Source: Mobula hypostoma (lineage: Eukaryota). Taken from it: a DNA stretch of 64,000 bases. Below, one piece after another: positions 61,516-64,000 of the stretch. Within the stretch, counting starts at the first letter, position 1. Each line of letters starts with the position of its first letter. A model generated the notes under the pieces. That model worked only from the letters and a program-made list of their open reading frames with translations, was not told the DNA's origin and searched no databases. The DNA is taken from the NCBI RefSeq assembly GCF_963921235.1, contig NC_086097.1, forward strand, positions 110,114,001-110,178,000. Reading direction: 5' to 3'. The translations under genes and the position numbers were made by a program.

Positions 61516-62368
61516 CGTCATGTGTGAAGCCAAGCAGAGCTGCAGAACGGATGATGTTAATGAGAGAGATAACGAGAGACAATGGAGAGCCATTCAAAAT
61601 GCTAATAAGAGAGAAGAGAGAGATAACAAGAGAGAGACACATAATTCAGTACGTTGGCATCTGCCACAGACCGTTTGCTTTGAACCTGAACTGTTCATTA
61701 ACAATCCTGCTGAGACAATAGGAAGTGTGAAGTTTGATGGACAGGTGATACCCCATCGGGGGATAAAAATAGCGGGTGTGCTAAGGCACGACACACGCCA
61801 CGAGACCTTGGAAAGAGCATTATGCCCCACAAGTTGGTGGGAGTTTGGAGGACTGATTCGCGGGAATCGGCCAGAGGCTCACAGGGTGTAAAGGTACGAC
61901 CGGTGGGGACCTGTTGTGAGTCCACCCTTGCCTGGGTGCCGGCTTCACCATGGAAGAACGGTCGCATCCGGAATGGAGTGGTCACAGTCGGTGACCACAG
62001 TGGGATCAGAAGGCATTGAAAGGTTTGCCTGAAACCTCAACTGTATCTCTCACTCTCTCTCTCTCTCTCTCCAACGGCACAACAACAGTGATTACTTTGA
62101 ACTACACTAGACTGAACTGAACTCTGCTTCACCTTAAGACTGATTATTTAACCCCTAGACTGCAATACAGCTTGGTTGATTCCTACCACCCTATTTCTGT
62201 GTATATGTGTATACTATCATTGCTAACCTGTTACATTTATATTCTTGCGGTTAGTGTTCTGTATTACTTATATTTGTTAATAAAATTTTCTTAGTTTCTA
62301 GTCATCACAGACTCCAACGAGTGTTCCATTTCTGCTGGTTTGACAACCCAGTTATAGGGTACGTAACA
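61516..62368 (+). repeat. 3' LTR (853 bp)
   Basis: Starts CGTCA (versus TGTCA in the 5' LTR) and ends GTAACA; about 54 substitutions and 1 indel versus the 5' LTR by hand count. Confidence 0.96.
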
Positions 62369-62711
62369 ATTGATACAGAGAGATTGGAATAATCTTATTA
62401 TTGACAAACATGTACAAAAAAGACTTCAAATAATACAGGTATAATAGACTTCCAAACTCTTAATATAGCTAATCATGGAGAAAAAAGAAATAAAAATTTA
62501 AAAAAATAATGCAAAGAAAAACACCCCAAAAAAAACCAAAAAAAAAACTAAATACTAAACCTGAAAAAAAGAGCAAACGGAACAAAACAAGGCTAGACCA
62601 CTATCTTAAATCAGGTACATTCAATAATGTCATCAACTCCGCTCCTCTATTCATATATTTTAAGTTACTAAGAAGGATTCGGAAAAGGTCAACTTGGATC
62701 GTATGAAAATG

Positions 62712-64000
62712 TTACAATTCTGTTATTCCAGTGCATCTGTACAAGTTTGTTATACCCCTGCACTGGCACAAGTTTGTTAAACCTGTACATCAGTACAAGT
62801 TTATTACACAAGTGCATCTGTAAATTTTGTTACACAAGTGCATCTGGAAAGTTTGTTACACAGGTGCAACTATACAAATTTGTTACACAGGTGCATCTGT
62901 CCAAGTTTGTTACACAGGTGCAACTATACAAATTTGTTACACAGGTGCATCTGTCCAAGTTTGTTACACAAGTGCATCTGTAAAGTTTGTTACACAGGTG
63001 CATCCGTTCAAGCTTGTTACACAGGTGCATCTGTACAAGTTTGTTACAGTGGTGCATCTGTACAAATTTGTTACACAGGTGCATCTGTGCAAATTTGTTA
63101 CACAGGTACATCTGTCCAAGTTTGTTTCACAGGTGCATCTGTACAAATTTGTTACACAGGTGTATCTGTCCAAGTTTGTTATACAGGTGCATCAATACAA
63201 CTTTGTTACACAGGTGCATCAGTACAAGTTTGTTACACTGGTGCACCTGTTCAAATTTATTACATAGGTGCACCTGTACAAGTTTGTTACACAGGTGCAT
63301 CTGTACAAGTTTGTTACACAGGTGCATCTGTACAAGTTTGTTACAGTGGTGCATCTGTGAAAATTTGTTACACAGGTTCATCTGTCCAAGTTTGTTACAC
63401 AGGTACATCTGTACAACTTTGTTACACAGGTGCATCAGTACAAGTTTGTTACACTGGTGCACCTGTTCAAATTTATTACATAGGTGCACCTGTACAAGTT
63501 TGTTACACAGGTGCATCTGTACAAGTTTGTTACAGTGGTGCATCTGTGAAAATTTGTTACACAGGTTCATCTGTCCAAGTTTGTTACACAGGTACATCTG
63601 TAAAGTTTGTTACACAGGTGGATCCGTTCAAGTTTGTTACACAGGTGCATCTGTACAAATTTGTTACACAGGTGCATCTGTACAAATTTTTTACACAGCT
63701 GTATCTGTCCAAGTTCGTTACACAGGTGCATCTGTACAAATCTGTTATACAGGTGCATCTGTCCAAGTTTGTTACACAGGTGCATCAGTAAAGTTTGTTA
63801 CACGGGTGCATCTGTCCAAGTTTGTTACACAGGTGCATCAGTAAAGTTTGTTACACAGGTGCATCCGTTCAAGTTTGTTACACAGGTGCATCTGTACAAA
63901 TTTGTTACACAGGTGCATCCGTACAAGTTTGTTACACAGGTGCATCTGTACAAGTTTGTTATACAGGTGCATCAATACAACTTTGTTACACAGGTGCATC
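62712..64000. repeat. 27-bp satellite, young homogeneous layer, running off the window end
   Basis: Consensus tacaagtttgttacacaggtgcatctg, with occasional 26-bp variants; diagnostic variant units recur 216 bp apart (63241, 63457). Confidence 0.96.

Larger units (their letters stand above)
55876..62368 (+). mobile_element. Full-length Gmr1-like Ty3/Gypsy LTR retrotransposon (inactive)
   Basis: Two LTRs, 4-bp TSD ATTG (55872-55875, 62369-62372), primer binding site, and gag-PR-IN-RT-RH order. Confidence 0.96.
55811..62711 (-). mobile_element. Short AT-rich insertion (~400 bp, probable L1/Tx1-type 3' UTR) split by the LTR element
   Basis: Non-satellite sequence at 55811-55875 (T-rich start, consistent with a reverse poly-A tail) continues at 62373-62711; satellite resumes on both sides. 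Confidence 0.5.

Noticed and set aside
55802..62723. ACAATTTTGTT / ACAATTCTGTT as a TSD of the AT-rich insert
   Set aside because: One mismatch, and the sequence is part of the satellite unit, so it is not diagnostic.
62747..63844. Long Cys/His-rich ORFs (up to 317 aa) in several frames, also at 53591-54893
   Set aside because: They are translations of the 27-bp satellite, whose unit has no stop in five of six frames; there is no gene structure.
53585..64000. Possible CRISPR array
   Set aside because: Units are directly tandem with no unique spacers, there are no cas genes, and the DNA is eukaryotic.

Overview
This 64 kb window is eukaryotic, not prokaryotic. It is transposon-dominated vertebrate DNA, most likely from an elasmobranch (shark/ray), inferred from an HE1-type SINE and the mix of CR1, Rex1/Babar, Penelope and Tx1 repeats. 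I could not support any host protein-coding exon, RNA gene or CRISPR array. Contents: many CR1 and Rex1/Babar LINE fragments, often nested; a full-length but disrupted Gmr1-type Ty3/Gypsy LTR element (55876-62368) with PR-IN-RT-RH domain order, a tRNA-Pro primer site and an ATTG target duplication; a solo LTR carrying a 47-bp minisatellite; a disrupted Blackjack-like hAT transposon and a related MITE nested in another MITE; and the edge of a 27-bp satellite array with an old/young layer structure. The most notable signal is a set of Penelope-like insertions from three families. All show outward-facing inverted 3' ends and carry minimal hammerhead ribozyme motifs (some intact, some decayed), four have 12-16 bp target duplications, and two are only ~156-176 bp long. 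I see no clearly undescribed system; the highlights are unusual arrangements of known element classes. Coordinates of degraded repeats are approximate and were read by eye.
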